Source of the DNA: Thermoplasmatota archaeon
Lineage (GTDB): Archaea > Thermoplasmatota > Poseidoniia > Poseidoniales > Thalassarchaeaceae
Direction: 5' to 3'
DNA: 58,395 bases
Assembly (NCBI GenBank): GCA_036336595.1
Contig: JAYZFV010000034.1
Location: 1 to 58,395, forward strand
Part shown: positions 47,132 through 55,341 of the stretch, in pieces
How the letters are laid out: the number at the start of each line of letters is the position of its first letter
Numbering within the stretch: position 1 is the stretch's first letter
Notes under the pieces: generated by a model
Databases searched by the model: none
Seen by the model: the letters and a program-made list of their open reading frames with translations, nothing else
What the model was told of the DNA's origin: nothing
Translations under genes and position numbers: made by a program

Positions 47132-48556
47132 CTAGCTCCCTAGAGACTTCTCGACCTGTCCCAAGTCATCGATTTCGAGGAACAGGTAGACCCTGTCCCC
47201 TTCCTCGAGAGTCTGGTCGTGCTCAGGGGCTCTCGCGTGGGCGTTGCCTTCCTCGTCGATTCGCTCGACCATCGCCAAATTAACTCCCAACGTACTCTCT
47301 ACTTCACTGAACAATGAGCCGATGAGGCTGTTTCCAGACGGGATTTCAGCAGAAATAGAGACTAATGACGGCATTGATGGTATGCGTTGGTAAGTGCCAG
47401 GAACGTGCATGTGGATGGATTTCAGTATAGAGGTCACGGCTACACGCCTCTTGCTCACGGGTCGAAGTCCGATGCGATGAATAGCTTCGACTAGGGCCCT
47501 GTCATCCAATAGCAGGCCAGTACGCAGCACGCCCTTGTCCATGGCGCGCATCGAGATCGAGATGTTGAGGTTGTCATCCCCGAGGGTTGCTATGGCAATG
47601 TCGTGATTCTCGATAGCCAGCTCCCTGAGCAGATCCTCGTCCTCGGGGTCGCCATGAATTACGTCTAGCCTCTTGTTGACGCCAATTTGCGAGCCGACAA
47701 TCTCGTTAGCAGAATCTAGGTCTGGCTCGATGATTACCACGTTAGAACCCATTTCCAAGTAGTGGCGTGCCAGTCTGCTGCCGAATCTAGTTGCGCCAAA
47801 TATGGCGACGGAGGGCGTCTCAGGCATCTCGGAGTCCGGTGTTCCCAATGCCAACGCTATGTGACTGAACGATTCGGTGGTGCCAGTGACGAAGAGCAGG
47901 CTGTCGCCCTGTTGGATGATTTCGTTCCCAGAGGTGAGTCCCTCCTGGCCACCTTTGCCCCTAATTGCTAATATTGGAGGGACCATGGTATGTTTTCCCT
48001 CGATTGCCAGACTCTCACCGGTAGTCGTTCCAATTAGTGGTGAGGCCTCAGTAACTTCGGAGACGATAATCCATGCGTTATCCCCCAGGGGCAGTATGTC
48101 ATCCAAAGACGGAGCTATCAGTCCCGATACCAACTGCTCGACTATCGCCTCAGAGGGACACACGATGAAATTCGATCTCGACCACTTTTCGAGTGGTCCC
48201 GCGCCTCTAGTGGGATCCATAATTTTGGAGTCCCTGACGTTAGCTATCGTAATCAGTCCCGAGGCCGTGCGATCGCCGACCTGCTCGCTGAAGACCCGTT
48301 TGGCGAAGGCGCAGCCAAGAAGATTGACGTGATCGTCATTGGTAGCGAAGACGATGATTTCGGCGTCGCTGATGCCGGCTCTGATCAATGACTCCCGAGA
48401 GAGGGCGCTCCCAGTCACTAACAGGCAGTCGAGGGACTGGGACTCACTGATGGCATTTGGGCTGGGGTCGATGAGTGCAACGCCCCTTCGCTCACTCCTG
48501 AGTGCCGCAGCGACCCCACGGCCGACCTCGCCGGCACCTGCGATTATGACTCGCAT
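47132..48556 (-). CDS. trkA: Trk system RCK gating subunit TrkA
   Basis: IIAGAGEVG, with two RCK-N/RCK-C repeats. Directly upstream of trkH. Confidence 0.9.
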   Translation of the reverse strand: MRVIIAGAGEVGRGVAAALRSERRGVALIDPSPNAISESQSLDCLLVTGSALSRESLIRAGISDAEIIVFATNDDHVNLLGCAFAKRVFSEQVGDRTASGLITIANVRDSKIMDPTRGAGPLEKWSRSNFIVCPSEAIVEQLVSGLIAPSLDDILPLGDNAWIIVSEVTEASPLIGTTTGESLAIEGKHTMVPPILAIRGKGGQEGLTSGNEIIQQGDSLLFVTGTTESFSHIALALGTPDSEMPETPSVAIFGATRFGSRLARHYLEMGSNVVIIEPDLDSANEIVGSQIGVNKRLDVIHGDPEDEDLLRELAIENHDIAIATLGDDNLNISISMRAMDKGVLRTGLLLDDRALVEAIHRIGLRPVSKRRVAVTSILKSIHMHVPGTYQRIPSMPSLVSISAEIPSGNSLIGSLFSEVESTLGVNLAMVERIDEEGNAHARAPEHDQTLEEGDRVYLFLEIDDLGQVEKSLGS

Positions 48557-48635
48557 TCAGCGCTATGATTCCATGGATTGGATATAATACTGCGCCAAGT
48601 TAGGCTAATGCGAAAATGAGGGGGGTGATGTGTGG

Positions 48636-49454
48636 TTACTCCTCGCTATCAATGATTTCCCCTCTTATTCTCCGCTCGGCCTTCTCCCTGTTGCGGTCTG
48701 CCTGCCGGATGGTGCGTCTGTAGGCCTGCCTGGCTGCGGGAGTCAAACCGGAAGGGAGCCATGTCTCCTGCGCCCTAAACCAGAACAGGACCACAAAGGG
48801 TGCTGCTGCTAGGGCGAAGACGGGGTTGAACAGGGAGAGCACGAGGCACAGGGCTAGGATGGCCCTAGCAAGCGTGGAAAACAAAAACGGCTTCGTTCGA
48901 GAGCCCTCCAGAAGCTGATTGCCCTGCCATGTCGCCGGTAGGGCGTGCCCCATGCTCGCCAAAAGGGCAATCAGCACTGCCATTGCGACCGAGAAGGGAT
49001 TGAAGCCCGCGATGGGCGAGAGCGGGGCGAGATCGGGATCGAATAGGCGCACAATCAGATATGCCGCCTGCATCGAGCCAAGGCCGAGGCCGAGAGCCCA
49101 GCCAAAGGGCGGAGACGCCCTGATAGAGGCGACACGGGGCCTACCAACCAAGAACAAGGCTAGCGAGGACTCCACTGCGGCAATCAAGAGGGAGAGGGCA
49201 AACAGGTTACCCAAAGGCACGGAGACCGCGCTGGTCGAAGAGTCCTCGACGATGGTGATGAGGATAAGCTGGTCCACAGCGAGAGCGAGGAACACCCCGA
49301 TGACAATGCCGTAAAGCAAGTACCTCACCGCCCCAGAGAGGTCGTAGAACCCCGTCATACGAGCTATTACGCCCCTCCACCCGACGTAGACGCCAAGCAG
49401 GCTTATGGCGAACGCTACCTGCATTTGGAGCATCGGAATGTAGGCTGCTGCCAT
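48636..49454 (-). CDS. Multi-pass membrane protein, possibly degenerate YhfC/PrsW-like
   Basis: About 7 hydrophobic segments with AAVES, GWALGLGLGSMQA and MGHAL. Divergent from srp54. Confidence 0.55.
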   Translation of the reverse strand: MAAAYIPMLQMQVAFAISLLGVYVGWRGVIARMTGFYDLSGAVRYLLYGIVIGVFLALAVDQLILITIVEDSSTSAVSVPLGNLFALSLLIAAVESSLALFLVGRPRVASIRASPPFGWALGLGLGSMQAAYLIVRLFDPDLAPLSPIAGFNPFSVAMAVLIALLASMGHALPATWQGNQLLEGSRTKPFLFSTLARAILALCLVLSLFNPVFALAAAPFVVLFWFRAQETWLPSGLTPAARQAYRRTIRQADRNREKAERRIRGEIIDSEE

Positions 49455-49529
49455 GAACGGCCATGGCCCGCCACCTTTGAGCCCCACCCCTCAGACAACG
49501 TTCAAACCACACAATCCGGACCGAAGGTC

Positions 49530-50885
49530 ATGGCACTCGAGGGCTTCAAGCGCAGGGTTCTCGGTTCCATCGGTCTGCTCAAGGGCAAGAGAAAGGTCGA
49601 CGAGGAGACTGTCAAGGAGCTCAGCAAGTCATTACGCAGGGCTCTGCTGGAGGCTGACTTCAACGTCCGGCAGGCCAAGGAGCTGACCGAGCGCATCGAG
49701 AGGAGGATGCTGGAGGAGGAGCCGAGACCAGGCGTGCGCCTCGAGACCCATGCCATGAACCTAATCTACTCGGAGCTAGTCAGGATACTAGGGGCTCCGA
49801 GGAGCATCCGGCCTCACAACCAGACCGTGCTGATGGTCGGCCTCTACGGTCAGGGAAAGACGACCACGACCGCTAAGCTTGCGGAGTGGTGGAGGAAGAA
49901 TCACAGCGTCAAGGTGGCGGTGATAGAGGCAGACGTCCACCGTCCCGGTGCCTTTCAGCAAATCAGCCAGCTGCTTGAAGGTACGGCAGTGGAGGTCTAC
50001 GGCGAGCCAGAGGGCAACGATGCCCCAGCGATAGTAAGGAACGGACTGAGAAAGATCGGCACGGCTGACGTGGTGATCATCGACACTGCTGGCAGGGACA
50101 GCCTGGACGGTGAGCTGAAGGACGAATTGCTGGAGATAGCGGAGGTTGCGAACGCGTCTGAGCGATTCCTCGTCATCGACGCCCAGGTCGGACAGGCGGC
50201 AGGGCCGATGGCCACCACCTTCCACGATCTGGTGGGCGTCACTGGAACGGTCGTAACGAAGCTGGACGGCACGGCGAGAGGTGGGGGGGCCCTGAGCGCA
50301 GTGGCGACCACTGGGGCACCCATAGTATTCGTGGGGGAGGGAGAGAGGATTGGCGACCTCGAGAAGTTCGAGTCTGATCGTTTCATCTCCAGACTGCTGG
50401 GCATGGGCGACATCAAGGGACTGATCGATCTCGCACCCGATGACCTCGACGAGCAAGAGGCGATACGCCTGACACAACGCCTGATGTCTGGCAGGTTCAC
50501 CCTCACAGACATGTACACCCAGATGGAGATGATGAGCAAGATAGGGACCCTGGACAAGGTCCTCTCGCATCTTCCAGACACCATGTTCGGCGGCATGGCT
50601 AACATGAGCGTGGCACAGAAGCGCCAGATGCAGTCGAACCTCGAGAAGTTCCGCGTGGTGATGGATTCGATGACACAGGAGGAGAAGGACGATCCCCTGG
50701 TGCTGAAGTCAAGCAGAATCAGGAGGATCGCACGTGGCTCTGGCTGCGAGGAGAAGGACGTCAAGGACCTCCTAGCTCAATGGAACAGGAGCAAGAAGAT
50801 GATGCGAGGAATCAGGGGCGACCGGAGGTTCAGGCGTCAGATGCAGTCGATGATGGGCGTCGACGAGGACCTCGGTCTGGGGTGA
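49530..50885 (+). CDS. srp54: Signal recognition particle protein Srp54
   Basis: ALLEADFN, GLYGQGKTTT, DTAGR, TKLDGTARGG and the Met-rich M domain (DSMT..E, SRIRRIARGSG). Confidence 0.97.
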   Translation: MALEGFKRRVLGSIGLLKGKRKVDEETVKELSKSLRRALLEADFNVRQAKELTERIERRMLEEEPRPGVRLETHAMNLIYSELVRILGAPRSIRPHNQTVLMVGLYGQGKTTTTAKLAEWWRKNHSVKVAVIEADVHRPGAFQQISQLLEGTAVEVYGEPEGNDAPAIVRNGLRKIGTADVVIIDTAGRDSLDGELKDELLEIAEVANASERFLVIDAQVGQAAGPMATTFHDLVGVTGTVVTKLDGTARGGGALSAVATTGAPIVFVGEGERIGDLEKFESDRFISRLLGMGDIKGLIDLAPDDLDEQEAIRLTQRLMSGRFTLTDMYTQMEMMSKIGTLDKVLSHLPDTMFGGMANMSVAQKRQMQSNLEKFRVVMDSMTQEEKDDPLVLKSSRIRRIARGSGCEEKDVKDLLAQWNRSKKMMRGIRGDRRFRRQMQSMMGVDEDLGLG

Positions 50886-50889
50886 TGCC

Positions 50890-51504
50890 CTGCAACGTAG
50901 ATTCGCCATTGTAGGCCACAGGGCCCCCAGCTCCGGGATGCTGAACATCAATGACCTCGCTGGCTCGGGTGGTCGGACGGACGTTCTGGTGCGAGCGGTC
51001 AATGCCGCTCTTTTCGTCTCCCACGGAATTAGGACGGACAGTCATGTGACATTGCACCTGATGGGCGGACCCGGGCCCCCACGTAGGGTCTGGTTCGATG
51101 GCAGCGCCTTACGGGGGGTTCGACCCGATGAGCGTTCGATAGCGGGGCACATCAAGGCCCTGTTGAAAGGCCCCGTTCCACCTGTGGGGCGGTTCGTCGA
51201 GGCGTCGACCGGCATTTCGCACTCAGGCGGAGACCTACGACAGACCCTCGTGGAATGGGAGAATGGGGGAGTGGAGTGCTTCGTCCTCGATGCCACAGGG
51301 AAGCCCACCTCCATGATGCCATCAACTGGGTCACTGGGATTCATCCTCTCCGACGACTGCCCGTTCACCGAGGAGGAGGCCGATGTGATCAGGGGGCTGC
51401 CGCGCATCTCACTAGGCAAGGGATGGCTGCAAGGGCATGCCTGCATCACGATAGCCCATCACCTGCTGGATCAGGGTCACTCTCGCCGTTCTCCTCGAGG
51501 GTGA
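50890..51504 (+). CDS. trmY: tRNA (pseudouridine54-N1)-methyltransferase (SPOUT)
   Basis: RRFAIVGH, DLAGSGGR.DVL.R, FVSHGIR, RPDERS, FILSD and SLG..WL motifs. Probable CTG start at 50890. Confidence 0.88.
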   Translation: MQRRFAIVGHRAPSSGMLNINDLAGSGGRTDVLVRAVNAALFVSHGIRTDSHVTLHLMGGPGPPRRVWFDGSALRGVRPDERSIAGHIKALLKGPVPPVGRFVEASTGISHSGGDLRQTLVEWENGGVECFVLDATGKPTSMMPSTGSLGFILSDDCPFTEEEADVIRGLPRISLGKGWLQGHACITIAHHLLDQGHSRRSPRG

Positions 51505-52411
51505 CCAGGATGGCACCAGTGATCATCAGTGCGCCACCCACAACCGTGTAGGCCCCCAAAACCGCCTCCCCAGTCCACAGCCAGCCGATGATGCCACCGA
51601 GAACGGGTTCGAACAGCAGTGTGATGGAGACGATGATCGGTGGGATCCAACGCAGTATGGTGTTGATCCCGGTGTGGCCGCACAACCCGGGGCCGAGAGA
51701 TAGGTAGGCAACCCACGCCACCCAAGCGGAGTCAGTCCAGCCCAAGACTGCAGCCTCAGGGGGGAGGGAGGCCAGCGAGGCGCCCTCGATTGCCAGAGAA
51801 GACAATGCCAGCCATACTCCCGCTCCGAGGGTAACTGGGAAGGCGTAGACGAAGATGGGGAGCGCGCGCACTGACCTCAGGTGCCTGCCAGCGAACAGGT
51901 AGCCGACCACGGTTACCGCGCCAACGAAGGCAGCGGCATTGCCGATCAGGGACGCCTCGCCACTGCTCCCTACGTCTAGCAAGGTGATCGCAGCTCCAGT
52001 GAATCCAACGGTGACGCCAATGACGTGCCCCCTCCTGACCACGGAGCCGATTAGCGGCATCATAGCCACCACGACCAGGGGGTGAGTGTTCACGAACAGC
52101 AGACTGTGGACTAGGCTTGTGTGGTCAAGGGACCACACCCAACTGCCGAAGTGCATGGCGAGGAAGGCGCTCGAGGCGAGTATGAGCCAAGCATCCGAAG
52201 AACTGAGCCACGGGCGCTCCATCTTGGCCCGCTGGTAGGCGAAGCCAGGTAGCAGTACGAGCGCAGTGCCCTGCATCCTCCACGAAGCGCGTAGCAATGG
52301 CGGGACCTCGCTCATCTCCTGGAGCACGACCCCGGCGCTGGAGACGGCTAGCACCGCGACGCCGAGGAGGAGCCAGGCGCCTGCGGGGGTGCCGCTATCG
52401 GCTCCTTCCAT
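51446..52411 (-). CDS. DMT/EamA-family transporter
   Basis: About 10 TM segments with AVSSA, FLAMHF..W..SL..TS, GHT..N and EPV motifs. Confidence 0.88.
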   Translation of the reverse strand: MEGADSGTPAGAWLLLGVAVLAVSSAGVVLQEMSEVPPLLRASWRMQGTALVLLPGFAYQRAKMERPWLSSSDAWLILASSAFLAMHFGSWVWSLDHTSLVHSLLFVNTHPLVVVAMMPLIGSVVRRGHVIGVTVGFTGAAITLLDVGSSGEASLIGNAAAFVGAVTVVGYLFAGRHLRSVRALPIFVYAFPVTLGAGVWLALSSLAIEGASLASLPPEAAVLGWTDSAWVAWVAYLSLGPGLCGHTGINTILRWIPPIIVSITLLFEPVLGGIIGWLWTGEAVLGAYTVVGGALMITGAILVTLEENGESDPDPAGDGLS

Positions 52412-52413
52412 GG

Positions 52414-54774
52414 TCAGCCCGCCAACTCAGCGTCCATCACGCCAGAGGGCTCCGGGTCCCGGCCGTCACCGCCTCCGTCCTGGCCGATGATCCCCGCCTT
52501 CCTGAACAGTACGTAGATCATGGCCCCGACGATGACGTTGATCAAAACGAAGCCGGCGAGTCTGGCGAATGGCCACCAACCATAGTGCCCGAGCGATTCG
52601 TCCACGACGGCGAGAATCGCTGACTCGACCCCGTAGAAGGCCTCGCCGGTGAGCGCTCCCGCTGCTATCATGAAGGTGAAGAGCAGCATCTGCGCGCCTC
52701 TCTTCTCTGCCGCGGCGCTGCCCTCCTCTGACCTTATTGACTCGACCACGGGCTTCAGGCGGCGGTCCTCCCACCACGAGCGGAATGCGCCCCCGATCAG
52801 CATGGGGAACGTCGCTGGCGTTGGCAGGTACATCCCGAGGCCGAACGAGGTGCCCATCCCCGTGGCCCACTCTGCGAAGGCGCCTAGGGCCATTCCCATC
52901 ATCAGCGCGCTCCAGTTGCCCTGCCCCTCGGCTAGGATTGTCGTGAAGTACGCGAAGGCGTTCGCCTGCGGGGCCAGTAGGTCGATCTTGCCCTCAGCGA
53001 GCAGCTTGGAGAGGAAGATGGCGACACCTGCGCCTAGGATGGCCCCAGGAACGACGCCCATGATATTGCCCTTCGAGATGTGGTAGGGCCTGTTGCCGAT
53101 GTACAGGCTGTTCTTGTAGTCGCCTACGACCGTGCCGCTCATGCTGATGGCAGAGCCGAACACGGTGGTCCCTACCAGTGCCATCAGGACCGACTCCTCC
53201 TTGGTGAGGCCCACATCGAGGTTGAGGAAGACCAGGAGAAGCATTAGCAGGACTATGAATGAGGTCCCCGAGACCGGCTCTATGCCGGTCTCCCCCATGA
53301 CTCGGACGGCGATGGCACCCAGCAGGAAGGTGGTGGACAGCAGTACGACGGAGAATATCAGCGAGGGAAGCAGGGGGTACCCGCCGACCACGAAGATCAG
53401 CGTGATGGCGACGAACGAGATGCCCATGAATATGGGTATGTGGTAGAGCGGCCACTCGTACCACCCCTTGCCGTCCACGAACTCCTCGCCCTTCTCGCCG
53501 GTGAAGGCATGGGCAATGTCGCCGAAAATCCCAGCGAAGGTCGGAGTCATCTTGAGTAGCCCCAGGAGCCCACCGCCCAGTATCGCCCCTATCGCGACCG
53601 TGCGTACGATCGAGCCGAAGGCCTTCCACTGCACGATTGGGTACACCGGGTCAGAGCTCGTGTCCCCATAATCCGTGATGTTGATGTAAACGCCAAGCTC
53701 GGGGTCGTAGACCGGGACGTCCTGGAGCACGGCGAGGGGGATCAGCCAGAACCAAGCTAGGATCGCGCCTAGGTTAACGAGCAACGCGGCTCTGAACTTC
53801 ATGAACCAGCCAATCGCGAAAAGGGTGGGGCTCAGCTCTATCCCCAGGAAGGTGTACGACATCGGGTTGTCCGACTCGTAGGGGGTGATCCCCCCGTAAG
53901 GGGCATGACCGTCTTCGAGCTTGCTGGGTTGGTGGAACCACCGCTCGGTGTATATCGAAGCCAAGCCCCACTTCTCGCCGGACAGCGCCATTGCGAACCA
54001 ATCGGCGATGCTGCTGGGTATCCCAGCCACCTTCCTCGACCAACTGATGGGGTAGTCGATAACGAACATGAAGCCCATGGTGAGGACGGTCCAGATTCCC
54101 ACCGTCTTCAGCGACTCGCGTGCCGCCTCGGCCGAGCCGGAGCTGACGTCTGATGCGATGTCGAGCATCTTCAGGGTCGCTTCGAACCCCGGCATCGGGA
54201 GGGGGTCCTCGACCAGCCAGACTCGTCTGAAGATGATGAAGTACATCACGCCGAGGAAGCCTGCGAACATCGAGGCGATGATGCCGATGAAGGCGAGGTT
54301 GAGGGTGTCTATCGACGAGATCAGATGGCCGTCGCCGACTTTGTAGTCGTCGGAATAGGCCAGCAGGAAGATCGCCGGGAAGGTGAAGATGAACCCAGTG
54401 GATGCGTGAGTAGCCCCGGTGGTTGCGCTAGTGGCGATGTTGACCTCTGAGGGCGACCACTGGAGGGCCATTCCCAGCAGGTATGCCACGTACCAGGCAG
54501 CGGACACAGCGAGGCCGATTTTGAGCCCGATGTAGGCTGTGACGCCACTGAATACGGCACCGATCAGGACGCCGATGAGCACCTTCCTCGTATCCCAGTG
54601 GCTGATTTCGAAGGAGTCCTCGAAGTTCTTCTCCTCGAGGTACTGCTCGAGGACCCCCGTGTTGAGGTTGTTGTACATGTCCTCGTCGAGCCACGTTAGC
54701 GTCCCCCTCTCGATCGCCTCGAGACCGGAGGCTGTGACGGGTCGGCGATAGGCAGAGCGCTCTACGTCGGGCAT
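52414..54774 (-). CDS. OPT-family oligopeptide transporter
   Basis: YIGLKIGL, EVNI, GFIFTFPA, LPMP, GETG.EPVSG, DYK, LLAPQA and FGLGMYLP motifs, with many TM segments. Confidence 0.9.
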   Translation of the reverse strand: MPDVERSAYRRPVTASGLEAIERGTLTWLDEDMYNNLNTGVLEQYLEEKNFEDSFEISHWDTRKVLIGVLIGAVFSGVTAYIGLKIGLAVSAAWYVAYLLGMALQWSPSEVNIATSATTGATHASTGFIFTFPAIFLLAYSDDYKVGDGHLISSIDTLNLAFIGIIASMFAGFLGVMYFIIFRRVWLVEDPLPMPGFEATLKMLDIASDVSSGSAEAARESLKTVGIWTVLTMGFMFVIDYPISWSRKVAGIPSSIADWFAMALSGEKWGLASIYTERWFHQPSKLEDGHAPYGGITPYESDNPMSYTFLGIELSPTLFAIGWFMKFRAALLVNLGAILAWFWLIPLAVLQDVPVYDPELGVYINITDYGDTSSDPVYPIVQWKAFGSIVRTVAIGAILGGGLLGLLKMTPTFAGIFGDIAHAFTGEKGEEFVDGKGWYEWPLYHIPIFMGISFVAITLIFVVGGYPLLPSLIFSVVLLSTTFLLGAIAVRVMGETGIEPVSGTSFIVLLMLLLVFLNLDVGLTKEESVLMALVGTTVFGSAISMSGTVVGDYKNSLYIGNRPYHISKGNIMGVVPGAILGAGVAIFLSKLLAEGKIDLLAPQANAFAYFTTILAEGQGNWSALMMGMALGAFAEWATGMGTSFGLGMYLPTPATFPMLIGGAFRSWWEDRRLKPVVESIRSEEGSAAAEKRGAQMLLFTFMIAAGALTGEAFYGVESAILAVVDESLGHYGWWPFARLAGFVLINVIVGAMIYVLFRKAGIIGQDGGGDGRDPEPSGVMDAELAG

Positions 54775-54851
54775 GCGCCTCCTCCCTAGGGTCGGAGATT
54801 GACGCTTATACTTCTCGCGGAGGCAGGGGATGGCAGCGGGGAATCCGCGCC

Positions 54852-55253
54852 CTAGTGGTCCCTACTGATCTTGTAGCGGCCCATGGCTTCCACCCACTGG
54901 ATCTCGCCGCCGGACTGGAGGTTCATGCCCTCCTCGACGGGGAGGATTAGGGTCTGGTAGGTCTTGTTGTCCATGGCATGGACCTCGTTGCCCTGGATGT
55001 GGGTGATGATGGCCGAGCCCTTCTCGATGATTGGGATGTGGATGCTGTCGGTCACAGTTCCAACGTGGGACCGCTTCTGACTGGTGAAGATGTCCTCCAG
55101 CTCGATCCTGGCCTTTGCAGAGCCGTGCTTGCCCGGCTTGGACTTGGACATGCTCAGGATCTTGAAGGCGTCGTTGTCGATCGCCACGTAGCGACCGACC
55201 TTCAGGGTCCTGATCTCCGCACGCGTAGTCCCAGGCACGAACCCTTGGTCCAA
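54852..55253 (-). CDS. eif5a: Translation factor aIF5A
   Basis: SKSKPGKHGSAKAR hypusine-site loop (Lys42) and IFT..KR. TTG start. Confidence 0.96.
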   Translation of the reverse strand: MDQGFVPGTTRAEIRTLKVGRYVAIDNDAFKILSMSKSKPGKHGSAKARIELEDIFTSQKRSHVGTVTDSIHIPIIEKGSAIITHIQGNEVHAMDNKTYQTLILPVEEGMNLQSGGEIQWVEAMGRYKISRDH

Positions 55254-55283
55254 AGCAGCCTTATCAGCATTAGGGATTTGTGG

Positions 55284-55319
55284 CCCCGAGCCGGGTGCCG
55301 GGTGGCCCCCGGCCCGGGG
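55284..55319 (-). other. GC-rich stem-loop 3' of the surface-protein gene (possible terminator or stabiliser)
   Basis: On the minus strand, CCCCGGGCCGGG-G-GCC-ACCC-GGC-A-CCCGGCTCGGGG forms 15 pairs (one G-U) with one mismatch, 22 nt after the stop codon. Confidence 0.5.
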
Positions 55320-55341
55320 TTACGTGTGACTGAGCCTAGGC

